DNA of 64,000 nt, taken from Eledone cirrhosa (taxonomy: Eukaryota). The stretch spans positions 283,588,001-283,652,000 of the forward strand of contig OZ024742.1 in NCBI GenBank assembly GCA_964016885.1, read 5' to 3'. A program made the position numbers and the translations under genes. This document shows, piece by piece, positions 25,014-38,699 of this stretch (the stretch's first letter is position 1; the number at the start of each line of letters is the position of its first letter). Below the pieces are notes generated by a model. That model was not told the origin of the DNA, searched no databases, and was given only the letters and a program-made list of their open reading frames with translations.

Positions 25014-26786
25014 TTACATGGAGTGTGCTGCTAACAGAGCCATATTAGGTGCTGGATAATGGGTTGGAAGAGTTGGTGGTGTCATTACAGTGGAAACTCC
25101 AGGCAAGGGATAAGCAGGCTCCGCTGCAGATTGGGAAGCAAGAACATCCAGGCCATGTGGTCCAAACAGACATTCTTTACTTTTCTGATGGTGATAATTT
25201 AAAGTGGTTTTATATGTGAAAGTTTTACCACACATATTACATTGGTATGGTTTCTCTCCAGTGTGAATACGTTTATGTCGAGTTAAAATTTTACTTGTAG
25301 AGAATGCTTTATTACAAACATCACATGTATATGGTTTTTCTCCTGAGTGAACACGTTTGTGAAGTGTCAAATAATCATTTCGAGAAAATGTTTTACCACA
25401 TGTATCACAGTGGTAGGGTTTCTCATCAGAATGAATATGTTTGTGCCTAATTAAATACCTCTTCTGCGCAAATATCTTACCACAGACATCACACTGGTGC
25501 ATTTTCTCTGTGCTAGTGTCTTTAGGAGTTGAATTTTCACTGTCGGGTAGCTTTTTATCAGTTGAATTTTCACTTTCAGGTAACTTTTTATCACAGATAT
25601 TATCAGAAGTATTCCCAACTTTATGAGTATGTTTGTGCCTAACTAAGTATCTCTTTCGTGCAAATATTTTACCACAAATATCACATTCATATGGTTTTTC
25701 ACCAGAGTGAATGTGCTTGTGTAGAATTAAATCCGCATGCATGAAGAATGCTTTACTGCAGATATCACAACTGTATGGTTTTTCGCCTGTGTGAATACGT
25801 TTGTGCCGAACCAAATATCTTTTCTTAGAAAATAGTTTACTACAGACATCACACTCATGAGGTTTCTCTGTGTGAGTTAGTTTATGAGAAGCTAAATATT
25901 GACTTGCAGTGAATTTTTTACCACAGATTTCACACGTGTATGGTTTCTCAACAGAGTGAACATTTTTGTGACGAATTAAATCTCCGTTTACAGAGAATGT
26001 TTTACCACAGACATCACAATGGTATGGTTTCTCACCTGCGTGAACATTTTTATGATTAGTTAAATGTCCCCTCTGAGAAAATGTTTTATGACAGACTTCA
26101 CACTCATAAGGTCTCTCCTTTGAATGAATGCGTTTATGAGAAGATAAATTTCCAATTGTTGAGAATGTTTTACCACAAATATTACACTCATATGGTTTCT
26201 CACCAGTGTGTTTACGTTTATGACAAGTTAGATTCGCACTCCCAGAGAATGTTTTCTCACAGACATCACATTCATACGGCTTTTGTCCTGTATGGGTGCG
26301 TGTGTGTCGTTTTAAGTAAGCTTTCTGTGTAAATGTTTTACTACAGATATCACAGGGGAATGGATTCTCATTGATGTGACTATGCTTATGGTGATTTAAT
26401 GATTTACAGTTTACAAAGGCTTCACTACAGACATCACAATGATATGATTTCTTTTCTGTATGATTACGTTTATGAGTTTCTAAATTTTTAACTGTTTGAC
26501 CACAGATATCACAGCGGCTTGGTTTTCCTCCTGTGTGTGTATGTTTGTGACGAGTTAAATTAGTTTTATGTGCAAATGATTTACCGCAGATATCACATGC
26601 ATATGGTTTCTCAGCTCCATGTATAGTTTTGTGATTAGTCAGACTTTCAATATCAGAGAATATTAGTAGGCATACATCACAGGTATATAATTTCTTTGTT
26701 AAATCTAACTTTGGCTCAGGAGATACATCTTTAGTATCAGATTTTGTTTCATCAGCTACATCATCACTCTTACATGTCTCCTCCAT
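25014..26786 (-). CDS. C2H2 zinc-finger protein ZNF-B, ~17 fingers, 590 aa; paralog of ZNF-A
   Basis: Intact ORF with tandem C2H2 fingers. Acceptor TTTCAG| at 26929. Several fingers are near-identical to ZNF-A. Confidence 0.95.
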   Translation of the reverse strand: MEETCKSDDVADETKSDTKDVSPEPKLDLTKKLYTCDVCLLIFSDIESLTNHKTIHGAEKPYACDICGKSFAHKTNLTRHKHTHTGGKPSRCDICGQTVKNLETHKRNHTEKKSYHCDVCSEAFVNCKSLNHHKHSHINENPFPCDICSKTFTQKAYLKRHTRTHTGQKPYECDVCEKTFSGSANLTCHKRKHTGEKPYECNICGKTFSTIGNLSSHKRIHSKERPYECEVCHKTFSQRGHLTNHKNVHAGEKPYHCDVCGKTFSVNGDLIRHKNVHSVEKPYTCEICGKKFTASQYLASHKLTHTEKPHECDVCSKLFSKKRYLVRHKRIHTGEKPYSCDICSKAFFMHADLILHKHIHSGEKPYECDICGKIFARKRYLVRHKHTHKVGNTSDNICDKKLPESENSTDKKLPDSENSTPKDTSTEKMHQCDVCGKIFAQKRYLIRHKHIHSDEKPYHCDTCGKTFSRNDYLTLHKRVHSGEKPYTCDVCNKAFSTSKILTRHKRIHTGEKPYQCNMCGKTFTYKTTLNYHHQKSKECLFGPHGLDVLASQSAAEPAYPLPGVSTVMTPPTLPTHYPAPNMALLAAHSM

Positions 26787-29669
26787 ATTGTTCTCTGCTG
26801 TTCATTAAATACAAATGTAAATCCTTTCTTTATATATACATGAATTACTTCGAAGTTATATATATGATGTTACGTTATCTTGATAAAAGCCATTCTTCAG
26901 TCTTTCTTATTCATAGTAGATAAATTCCCTGAAACAACAAAACAGCATTAAAATATAAGACACAATAAAATGACAAGAGAGATTATATACTAGACCATAA
27001 CCCTTTTGATAACAACACACCTGAAACTGCCTCTGGTTCTATGAGGAAAAACCATTTGTCTTAAAGTATTTATATTTAAATTTTTCATAAGCAAGAAAGT
27101 TATATTACTAAGTCCCTACAATTTATTGATTATTTTAAAATTTAATTGAAAATTATAGACAGTATAAGTCACTAGAAATAGGTAAAAAAAGGGTTAGAAA
27201 AAACAAGAAGACAAAGTATTTACAGAGATAAATAAAACACAATGATAAAGACGTGTGCAGCAGTTTTTTGTAATAATAATTGTTTCTACTTTTGGCACAA
27301 GGCCAGCAATTATCCCAGCGCATTACTGGTACTTTATTTTATCGACCCCGTAAGGATGAAAGGCAAAGTTAAGGAGAAATGAAATCACAGACAATTAATT
27401 AAAAATTATAGACTGTTTTTCATTAGAAATGTTTTAACACCACCTTAATAATGAGAAAGTTAGTTATTTTACAAAATCCCTGCAAATTCTTTATTGTTTT
27501 CAAAATTTGAAAATCCTAGCCAATTCCTTTTATTAGAATTATGGCAGCAAAAAGGTTTTTAAAAAAGGATCAGATTCTCTGAGTGACAGAGTCAAAAACA
27601 GTTATAGAATAGACCACACACAATTTGAACATCAATGTTTTTTAGTGTTTGGCATCTAAAAAGTATGTATCTTTTCAAATGCAACTGAGAGCTAAGAGAT
27701 TCGTTATTTTAGGTTTCTTTCTCCTCTTTTACAAAAAGGAATAGTTATTATTATCATTATTATTATTATTATTATACGGTAAAGAAAAAAATAGCAGCCC
27801 CACCATGCAAGTGGTAGTGCTATTGCCACAATAAAATGTACCCGGTACACTCTGTAAAGTGGTTATATGATGATGATGTGAAGGCATGTGGCCTAGTGGA
27901 TAGGGTGAAAAGAGACTGAATAATATCTCGGTTTTATTAGTTAGTTAATAAACCAGGTCGAACCAAATGAAAAATATGGTATTATTATGGAAAGACACTC
28001 CCACCTATTTCAATGGGAAGTTATCATTTTTCTTGTACTATCAATTAAACTTATCTCCTAATATGACTTTTTCCCCTGGAATAGAGGGGGGAGAAGGGTC
28101 CTAAGTCTTTCCACCGCCCAGTTTTCTGTATCATTTCTTTTTCATGTGCTATCAACAAATCTTACCTCCGAATATGCTGCAAAGGACTCACCCACCCACC
28201 CAATCCAGAAAAGGCAGGGGGCCCTCGGACCTATCTCTCTCTCCCGGAATTTTCTTTATGCCTTACTCAAACTCAGGTGAAAAGTTCGATGGACTCACTC
28301 CCTTTTCCAGAGAAAAAAGTCGTTTGCAGACTATTAGTAGGTAAGTTTAATAGTTAGTGCACGAAAAAAAAAAAAAGAAATGAAAAAAATTATTTCCCAC
28401 TGAAATTGATGAGGGTGTTTCTACAAATTTACCGAAAATATAAATAAAATATTATTTCCGTATTTAACTTAATTAAAAAAAAAAATTTATTGAATAATTT
28501 CTAGTATTTTAGCTCAATTTCTTTCTAAAACATAACTTATATTGAAACCCTGTCCCTTCTATTATAATTCCATTCGTATCTCGGATGAGTATATAAATCA
28601 ACCGCGCCAAAAAGTTCCGTTAAGCCACACACTGACCGTAGCACAACCACCAAAGAAAAATTCTTCCGCCCGCCAAATAACCTCATAGGATTTTTTTTTA
28701 TAAATATGCTTTTTATAATACTGCAACAAGAAAATTGAATATTTTTATTTTACCTCAGCGTTGCAATGCTCAATATAGCTTATATTTTTATTTTGCCAAT
28801 GGCCGTAGTAAAAAAAATGCGAAATTTTATTTTTATATCCCCCGAAAATTCGGCCACTTAACGGGCTAATACTCATATTTAGTTACAAGAAATCCCTAGT
28901 TTTCCTAATATATAATGAAGCTGTCATGTATTATAAAATTTACGTTGTTTTATTAACTATTAATAAAACCTAATTATGTACATCAATGTGTTTACATTAC
29001 ATGATGTAAAAAAATAAATATATTTACATTACACACATTCGATGTAATTAATTGTCCGAGTAATTGAAATGTTTTTTTTCCCCTTTTGTTCATTCAACTT
29101 GTTCCACCAAAAATTCTGGAAGTGGGGAAATAAATTCTAATAATTTTGGTTAAACGTCATCGAAGTTGAAATTATTTAACTATGATTTTTTTCACATGAC
29201 ATTCCACTAACTGATACAGACATGCGACAGTGGGCGCACTTACAAACAACCACCATTTTCTGAATTATAGAGGGGTTGTTGGCATAATTAACGAGGAGGT
29301 ATAACTACGAAGGAAGACAAAATCGGTCACCGAAGTCAATATTTTAAAACTTTTAGAAAACAAAAATATAAGAAATAAAAAAAAAAAGGTAAGTATAATC
29401 TATATTCTTACGTCAAACAGAACATCGAGGATTATGATTTTATTTCAGAACAAAAATATAACGTAACATTAATACAAAATTAAATTTGACACGATACTTA
29501 TTAAACAACACTGGATTATATGGCATTAGAAAATTTATAAGTATCTTGGATCTAAGTATAATTACACACATACAAAAAGCTATTTGATTGAGTTTTTTTT
29601 AAGTGTTCTTATATTACATAAAATAATCAATCTTAAATTAAGCGTAAGTACTAGAGATATATTTGTACA

Positions 29670-29865
29670 ACTTACTGTTTTTCTAATATCTTTCTTCGTT
29701 GTATTTAAATACGATAGATGTGGAAATGTGAGGACATTAAGAGACAAGAATTTAAGAAAAATCTTTATAAAGATAAATCAAGAGCACAGAACAAACTAAG
29801 TGATATATCTGAAATATACATATAACTAAACTACCAAACCAGCGGCCTTACTTTCGTAGCTGAAT
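29670..29865 (-). promoter_or_regulatory. Putative promoter/non-coding exon 1 of ZNF-B
   Basis: Conserved block with donor GTAAGT at 29675-29670. Implied intron 26929-29675. Confidence 0.6.
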
Positions 29866-30240
29866 ATTCAATGGAATATATAAAATGTGTAACAAATAAA
29901 TTGGTGTTCTTTCGTTCTAAGTAGACGGTAATCTCTCATCAATAATATATTTAAATCATTGAGATCAATTACGTTAGTTTACTTTAAACATTATCCACCA
30001 ATTTAATTTAAAATATTTTCTTTTACTTATAAATCGTTTTCAATTTACATAAACCAAGGTTCCTGCAGATACGCAAGAAAGAGATAGTGGTGTCCTATGT
30101 ATGTTGCGATATTTCTTTTTCTTCGTGCATGTCGGAATTTTCATTGTACAGATATAACGGGTATCGTTCATTTTCATTTTAGTATGTATGACGATTGTTG
30201 TCTACTTAAAACGTAAGAACGCCAATAAATTTATTGTATT

Positions 30241-30394
30241 ATAATTTTCTACTTTTAGCACAGTGTCAACAATTTGAAGGGAAGAGGAAAAGTCGATTAA
30301 ATTGACCACAGTGCGTTACTGGTGCTTTATTTTGTCGACCCCGTAAGAATGAATAGCAAAGCTAACCTCGGCGGGATTTGAACTCAGAACGTAA
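30241..30394 (-). mobile_element. tRNA-derived SINE copy
   Basis: B-box-like GAGTTCAAATCCC and a body shared with the copies at 49071-49595 and 27275-27370. Confidence 0.7.
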
Positions 30395-31439
30395 TGAAAG
30401 CAAGTTATTGTAGTTTGTATAGGATTGCAGAGTGAGATAAATGAATTATTTTTATAAACAGATAGAAATGGACCCAGGTGGTTGTTTATCTGTGGATAAA
30501 CGATTTATAAAGTGGACGTAGATAAGGTTAAGTTAATAAAGTGGCAGTGTAGTTACAAATCTGTTACGTGAACTTATCTCTTTCATAGCTTTCAGCTGAC
30601 GAATGCATAAGCAATGGAATTTCATACGAATGTACAAGTCATTTCTATATAAAATAAATATGCTTCACTACTAACGTATTGTGTACCTTCTTTAACTGGT
30701 TTCTTACTGATCCCTTTTGGAAAAACTATCTATAACGGTGGGGAAGATTCGAAACCGCCTCTGGGACAAGCCGTGGTAAGTTGTTTACGCTCAAGAGACT
30801 TGGAAGAGGCTAAACACAGGTCAGAGGATATATCCATCTTTCTGACTTGTTTACGCTTGGCAAACTAATCCCTTGAGAGACTAACCGAAGTTCAGAGGAT
30901 ATATCTATCCTAACTTCAACCCTTGGAAATGCAGGGGTTGTTTACAGAAAAGAAGTGATATACAGACAAGACAAGTGGAATTTACAAGCTCTCGTCACGA
31001 ATTACCAGTCTGTCACTTATTCGCGCCTGCCTGGCTGATCGCTGACTCCTACTACTAAAACAAGTAAATATACTGATACGCAAACACGCATTCATAGTAA
31101 GTTCACACTGTTTGCACCTTCACACGCACCATTTCTGTTTATTCACGTTGTATCTTTCGGATGCTATACAAATTATATTATAATCTTATTCTGTGATACT
31201 TGTATTTACGTGGCTCGAAGAGCCACCAAATTATTGTACGAATATTTTGTGTTATTGATTTTATCATTCAATATTCAAATTGAATATTGTTATAATAAAA
31301 TAAACTTTGTAACAACACAATCCTGGTATTTTTCTTTACATCGAAACCACCATACCAACAGTTACATCCATCCACTTATCGTTACAACTGGTGACCCCGT
31401 AAAACAGACACACAACCTTTTGATCATCCACTACAAACG

Positions 31440-34400
31440 ATGTCTCTATCACACGACGATTCATTTACGGCAGAAATGGCAGTCCGGGCAGCATTTACAT
31501 TAAGAATTCCACCATTCTGGTGCACGATCCAACACTGTGGTTCGCGCACATCGAAGCGCAGTTCGCATCGAACCGGATCGTTAGCGAGGCATCCCGTCTC
31601 ACACATGTCATCGGTTCGATGTCTCTGGAGATTATGAATGAGGTTCGAGACCTCATTTTACCACCACCCGGCTGTGTCATATGACACATTTAAAACATTA
31701 ATTAAGCGGACGTCGGAGTCGCAGCAGCAGCGCTTGCACCAGCTCCTCATATCAGAGGAATTAGGAGATAAAAAGCTGACGCAACTCCTACGGCGAATGA
31801 AGCAGCTCCTGGGTGAACATAAACTCCCGGATGAAATTTTCAAGCAACTCTTCCTCAAGCGTTTGCCTTTTGCCATACAAGTTGTACTAGCATCCACCAT
31901 AGAAGAACTCGCCGAGTTGGCAGATAAGATCATGAAGGTACCACATCCGCACTCAACTTTAGCGAATGTGACGCCAGCCCTGCCTCCTACCAATCCTTTC
32001 CTTTCCTTCAGCCCTCCAGTGCCACAGAGATGCCCGATCTACACCAGGTACTGGCACAGCAAGCAACACATACAGGCCTTGACGCAACAAATTCAGGCCT
32101 TGTCACTGGGCAACCCTGCCACGCGTCGGTCCAACAGTCGAACTCGCCGATTTGGTGGTCGCTCAAGAAGTCCGAGCGCATCTCGGGATTCACCAGAAAT
32201 GTGTTGGTACCACCAAAAATTCGGGAGACGAGCGCAAAAGTGCAGTCATCCCTGTTCATTTGTCGAATCAGGGAAACGACACAGTCAGAAACTGAATGCG
32301 ACGGACGTTTCTGGCCCTCATAACCAAAGTCGCCTATTTTTCATTCAGGATCGCGTCACAGGCACGCGTTCCTGGAAAAAAAGAGAGAGACACCAGTCTG
32401 GCTCCAGGCAGTGAATCACTCACATATTCCGACCTACGGAGAACAGTCCCTGACACTAAATTTGGGACTACGCCGCACTTTCCAGTGGGTGTTCGTTGTG
32501 GCTAAGCTGCCGACCCCTATTTTAGGAGCTGATTTTCTTCTGCTAGTGGACCTGAAAAACCAACGATTCGTTGACAACTCCACTGGTCTCGCTGTGCGCG
32601 GCATAGCCGCTAGGACAGCCACAGTCAGTCCAGCCATTTCACGATCGACAACAACAAATACCCAGACGTAGCTCGACCACTATTCAACGCTTGCCCTGTA
32701 AAACATGACGTCACACGCCACATAAAAACACACGGCCCACCTGTCGCTGCACGACCTAGAAGGCTACCACCAGACCGGCTGAAGTCCGTCAAACAAGAAT
32801 TTCAGCACATGCTGGATCTCGACATCATACGTCCGTCCAGCAGCAACTGGTCCTCACCTATACACTGTGTACTCAAGAAGTCGTCGAACGACTGGCGAAT
32901 CTATGGCGACTACCGTGCACTGAACAACAGCACCGTTCCTGACTCTTATCCAGTGCCTCATCTACAGGACTTCTCTAGCTCGCTGCACGGGGCTCGCATA
33001 TTTTCGAAGATCGATCTTGTGCGAACTTACAATCAGATACCCGTTGAGCCCGCAGATATTCCTAAGACCGCCGGCACAACACCCTTTGGAATGTTCGAAT
33101 TTTTGCGTATGCCTTTCGGTCTGTGAAATGCAGCGCAGCGATTCATCGATACAGTCACCAGAGGTCTACCTTTTGAATACGCATACATTGACGACTTACT
33201 GGTGGCCAGCAGCTCCGATGAAGAACATGAGAAACATCTAGATCTCCTATTCACACGTTTGCGTGAATATGGAATTGTTATCAACCCCAGCAAATGTGAG
33301 TTCGGAGTTGCGTCCCTTCATTTTCTGGGACACATCATTGACAAAGATGGTATTCGCCCACTTAAGGAGAAAGTCAAATCCATCATTGATTTTCCACAAC
33401 CTACATCTCTCCGCAAACTGCGAGAATTTCTTGACCTGGTAAACTTCTACAGAAGATGTATACCCCAGTGTGCAGAGACAGCCCAACCACTCACAGATTT
33501 GCTGCGCCAGCGTACAACAAAAAACGCAAACATCAATCTCAGCGAAAAAGACTACCGCTTTCGCTGAGTTGAAGAAAATGTTGTCCGAGGCTACAATGCT
33601 GAGTTACACCAAACCTGACGCTCCAATGTATTTATTGACTGATGCATCCGATTTCGCAATTGGAGGTGTGCTTCAACAACTCTGGAGATATTTGGTGACC
33701 TGTATATTTTTTCTCTAAGCGATTAAAACCCGCCGAAACTAAGTACAGCACATTCAGTCGTGAATTATTGGCAGCATACCTTGCTGTCGAGCATTTTCGA
33801 CACATGCTAGAAGGTCGTGTGTTCTCTAAATACACCGACCACAAACCACTAGTGTACACGTTCAACGCCAAGCCTGACCGACACTCACCCAGGGAGGTCC
33901 GACATCTGGACTTCATTTCTCAGTACACTACTGATATTCGGTACATTAAGGGTGCCACCAACTCAGCAGCTGATGCCCTATCGCGCATGGAGCTTAACGC
34001 AATCCACACCACTGCTACTATCGACCTCCAGAATATTGCAGCGGATCAACAGAATGACGAAGAACTGCTGCAACTCCGGAAATAATCCTTGAAATTGCAG
34101 GAATGCCCGCTGCCCTTTTCGGGTTATATTTGGTGCGATATCTCGACAGGCCACGAGCGCCCATACGTGCCCCGGAAACATCGACGCGACGTTTTTTCGG
34201 CACTGCATTCTCTGGCACACCCTGGTGTCCGTGCCACGCAGAAACTGATGGTTGCTCGCTTTGTGTGGCCCAACATCAACAAGGACACCCGCGAATGGGC
34301 TAGGAACTGTATCGCGTGCCAGAAGGCCAAAATTCACCGGCACATCAAAGCCCCGATCGGTTCTTTCGCAACACCTGATGCACGGTTCCAACATGTGCAT

Positions 34401-35303
34401 ATAGACATCGTTGGACCTTTGCCTCCTTCTCACAACTACACTCATCTTCTCACCTGTGTCGACCGATTTTCTCGCTGGCCAGAAGCTTTTCCCCTGACGG
34501 ATATTACCGCGGAAACTGTCGCCAAAACGCTAGTGTTTCACTGGGTTTTGCGTTTCGGCACACCCGCGACCATCACTACGGATAGAGGACGTCAGTTCGA
34601 TTCGCACCTATTTACCGAGCTGACTCGTCTCTTCGGGTGCAAACACATCCGTACAACAGCGTATCACTCTGCCGCTAACGGCATGGTAGAACGCTTCCAC
34701 CGCCAGCTAAAAGCATCTATCAAGGCTTACGAAGACTCCACTAACTTGTTCGAATACCTCCCACTCATTCTTCTTGGTATTCGTTCTACTGTTAAGGAGG
34801 TAGTCGGACATTCTCCGGCTGAAATGGTGTATGGCACCGTACTCACTCTACCCGGACAAATGATCGCTCCTGTTTCGCCACAAGAATTTCCAGACCCAAC
34901 AAAGTATGTGCACCGTTTACGGTCATCGATGTCGCATCTGTCTCCTTCAGCCCCTAAACAACCGCATGTTACTTCACACATACCAAAAGACATCGATACA
35001 TGGACGCATGTTTTCGTTAGAAATGACGGTATTCCATCGCAACGTCGTCCGCCGTATTCCGGGCCCTATAAGGTGATACAGTATTTCGTCCTCGACTTGA
35101 ACGGGAAACGAAATACCGTCTCCATTGATCGTTTTAAAAAAGCGTTCATAGAACAGGAATTGTCACCACTACCCACCGTTTCTCCAGCAGACTCACCAAC
35201 AACTTTGCCCGACACAAACACGATAAATTCTGTACAACCCAGACACACCAAATCTGGAAAACAGTTCGATGGCCCACGCGATACGTACAAGTTTATCGGG
35301 TAA
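31440..35303 (+). pseudogene. pol: gag-pol of Gypsy element 1 (frameshifts, stops, protease active site deleted)
   Basis: CWYH..FG..A..C..PC gag motif, DYRALN, FSKIDL, MPFGL, YIDD, TDASD, YTDHKPL, HPG, HIDIVGP, ITTDRG, VERFH. Confidence 0.9.
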
Positions 35304-36235
35304 GTACAAATTATGCATCTGGTCGACATTTCGGCTAATTTGTACATTTCAACGAATCGGCCAATTTCTGTGGTCATGAAATATTGCTACACACAAATCA
35401 ATTGACTCTGTGCATCACACACATCAAAAGAACATTTTTCCGTTTCTATGAAATGAACGAACTTTTAATCAACAAACTTTTCGTACGAACATTTTCAATT
35501 TTATGTAACATCACAGTACATTTTCCTGCATGTAAATTTCTTTTGCTTTGCATGTTTTCTTTCATTTCGCCTGTTTGTAAATGACTTTCATGTGTTGTTT
35601 TGTTTTTTTTATTATTACTGATTTTTTTTTTTTTTACTGATTTTTTTTTTTTTTTTTACTGATTTTCTTCAACACACCTAGTCATACCTATCTTTATTTC
35701 ACATCCACCGAGATCGTTCAATCTTAGCTTTCTCACTGGAAGGGGGTACTATAACGGCGGCGAAGATTCGAAACCGAATCTGAGCTTTCCCGCCTCTGGG
35801 ACAAGCCGTGGTAAGTTGTTTACGCTCAAGAGACTAACCCCTTGGGAGAGGCTAAACATAGGTCAGAGGATAAATCCATCTTACGCTTGGCAAACTAATC
35901 CCTTGGGCGACTCTAACCGAAGTTCAGAGGATATATCTATCCTTCTAACTTCAACCCTTGGAAATGCAGGGGTTGTTTACGCCCCGGCAGAAAAGAAGTG
36001 ATATACAGACAAGACAAGTGGAATTTACAAGCTCTCGTCACGAAATACCAGTCTATCACTTATTCTCACCTGCCTGGCTGATCGCTGACTCCTACTACTA
36101 AAACAAGCAAATATACTGATACGCAAACACGCATTCATAGTAAGTTCACACTGTTTGCATCTTCACACGCACCATTTCTGTTTATTCAGGCTGTATCTTT
36201 CGGATGCTATACAAATTATATTATAATCTTATTCT

Positions 36236-36293
36236 TAATAAAGTACCAGTAATGGACTAGGTAATTGCTGGCCTTGTGCCAAAAGTAGAAACA
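36236..36293 (+). mobile_element. 5'-truncated SINE 3' end inserted in the 3' LTR
   Basis: Absent from the 5' LTR. 16-bp TSD ATTATAATCTTATTCT (36220-36235 / 36294-36309). Confidence 0.9.
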
Positions 36294-36719
36294 ATTATAA
36301 TCTTATTCTGTGATACTTGTATTTATGTGGCTCGAAGAGCCACCAAATTATTGTACGAATATTTTGTGTTATTGATTTTATCATTCAATATTCAAATTGA
36401 ATATTGTTATAATAAAATAAACTTTGTAACAACACAATCCTGGTATTTTTCTTTACATCGAAACCACCATACCAACAGTTACATCCATCCACTTATCGTT
36501 ACAACCACACAAATATTCCGTTACATTGGAAAAACTATCCTTAGTTATATAAGAATATACAATCGTATTTCTAGGAGCTTTGGGTGAATTTTGAATGCAC
36601 GTTAGCTTAAAAGTTAACTACTTCAACTCGGGTGTGTGGCTATGAAAAATAATCTAACAAGTTGGACATATAAGTTCCTAGAAACGGGGGGGAGGGTGTA
36701 GATAGTATGAATTAGCCAT

Positions 36720-36895
36720 AGACGTCTACTCACAGGTGAAAAAACCCTATCGCTCTGATATCTATGGTAAAACCTTCACTGCAAATCGAAATTTAACTTC
36801 TCATAAACGTATTCGTACAGGACAGAAATCAATACTACCATGATATCTGTTGTAAAGCATTCTCACACAATTGTCATTTAACTGCTTACCAGAGC
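36720..36895 (+). pseudogene. C2H2 ZNF remnant (~2 degenerate fingers)
   Basis: ACAGGTGAAAAAACCCTAT...GATATCTATGGTAAAACCTTC...CATAAACGTATTCGTACAGGACAGAAA, with indels. Confidence 0.65.
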
Positions 36896-38699
36896 AGAAG
36901 GAAATACTATGCTTCCACACAGACAAGTCCAGCAGAATGCAATCACGTATTGGAATGGACTAGACTTCTGTCAGTTTCGATGATGAGTGTTATACTTGTT
37001 TGATCAATGAATCGGCCTGCTCATGAAATTAACATCTAAGTAATTGAGCATTCCTTAGACATGTGTACCCTTAACGTAATTCTCGGGGAGATTTAGCATG
37101 ATAGAATGTGTGTGCCAATGCTGGTTCTTTGAATTACAGATACAGTCCATCCAATGGGCTTCCAAACAGTTTCTGTCTACCCAATTTCCCCCACAAGGCT
37201 AAGATAAGTAACACTTGTCTAGATGCCACCTGGGACTTAACAATTGCGAAGCAATCTTTTTAATCATTCAGCTATGCTGCGTCTTAACCACACATTACCA
37301 GTTTGAGAAAGGTAACCCCGCAAGATTCTAAAAAGACTCTTCAATATCCCTAAGGGAATGTGGTGTAACATATGCAAACAAAATGAACAACAACAAAACA
37401 CAAAGGATAACGAAAATGGGAAACAATAGAATCTGAGGAATCTAGTTATACTAAGCACTGGCAGATGTTGGCAATGTGTAATAAATTATTTTGCTGTAAG
37501 GAGGGTGAGAAGTCTAACCTTTTGAGCAGAACCCATGAGACAAATGTTTAGTATAGTAATGGTGAGTATTGTGTTGGAAAGGAAGTTCTGTCGTTTTTTT
37601 CTTTCTTGACATATATTACAATAAAAATAATGATTGTTGTTATCAGCTGCAAGGGTTTTCATACACAAAACCTTATAAACATAAGGATTACAATGCATGT
37701 GAGGCTGGACAAAATTATATAAAAAGATGGTAGCGGCAAAGAAGTACTATAAACAGTATAAGTATAAACTTATTGTATATCAATAATTAATACAAGATAT
37801 ATCTATCTATATACTACTAAAACTCTGTGATTGTGAGCTTGTCTGTAATTTAATACAGCCAAAACAGCACATAATGGGAAAATACTTTGAAATGAAGTTG
37901 CATCTGAAATGGGAATACAAATGGAATAAAATAAGTTTCGCGTAAATCAGAGCACGTGTTCCCGAAATACAGGGTTTTTCCAGGTACCTTCATAAATAAA
38001 TAGAGAGAGAAAGAGAGATAGTGGTTAAGAGAGAGAGCTGGTGCTGTTGTTGAATACACACATATATATATGGGCCTTCCAATTTCATTTGACATTATAT
38101 ACATGTCTGTATATTTTAATTATTTAAAAAATATTTTAAGTAAACGTGACTCGTTGGGTCACGGGTGGTCTAGTAAAACAAAAACATTTAGCATTATCCC
38201 ACATTCCTGCTCACCCACTATACATTATATATTTCCTGTGGATCACTCCCTGAAAGCATTTCTATAGTGAGTTCTAATAATAACCACTAAAATTTGTGGA
38301 TAATTTACAGTGTGTGCTGTGTATATTTTATAGTGGCATAAGCACTACCACATATAGAGTGTTCTGGGTGCATTTTATCATGGCACATTTTTTTTTGTAT
38401 ACAAACATTAATCAAGTATGCTTGAACATTTCAGTGTCCTTTATATTTTAGACTGTGTGAATACTTCAATAGTTTGCTAATGTATTACTCATTGTGAATG
38501 TGAAGCACAGCTTTTGGTCGTTGTGGAAGAGGATGATAAATACAACAAATACCAATAATTCTGGTTAGATATATAACTTTACTTCATTTCAGTAAAAAGG
38601 AAAAAGAATCTGATTACTTTGAATCATAAATATAAAGTTTGATGGTAGTATTCGCAAATGAGTATAGTGTTCAAAAAGGCTTCTGTGTTGTTGCTGGAG

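Larger units (their letters stand above)
30731..36525 (+). mobile_element. Ty3/Gypsy LTR retrotransposon (element 1), decayed
   Basis: LTRs 30731-31386 and 35750-36503 (TATAAC...GTTACA). PBS TGGTGACCCCG at 31389-31399 (tRNA-Trp 3' end). PPT GGAAGGGGG at 35738-35746. Order gag-PR-RT-RH-IN. Confidence 0.95.
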
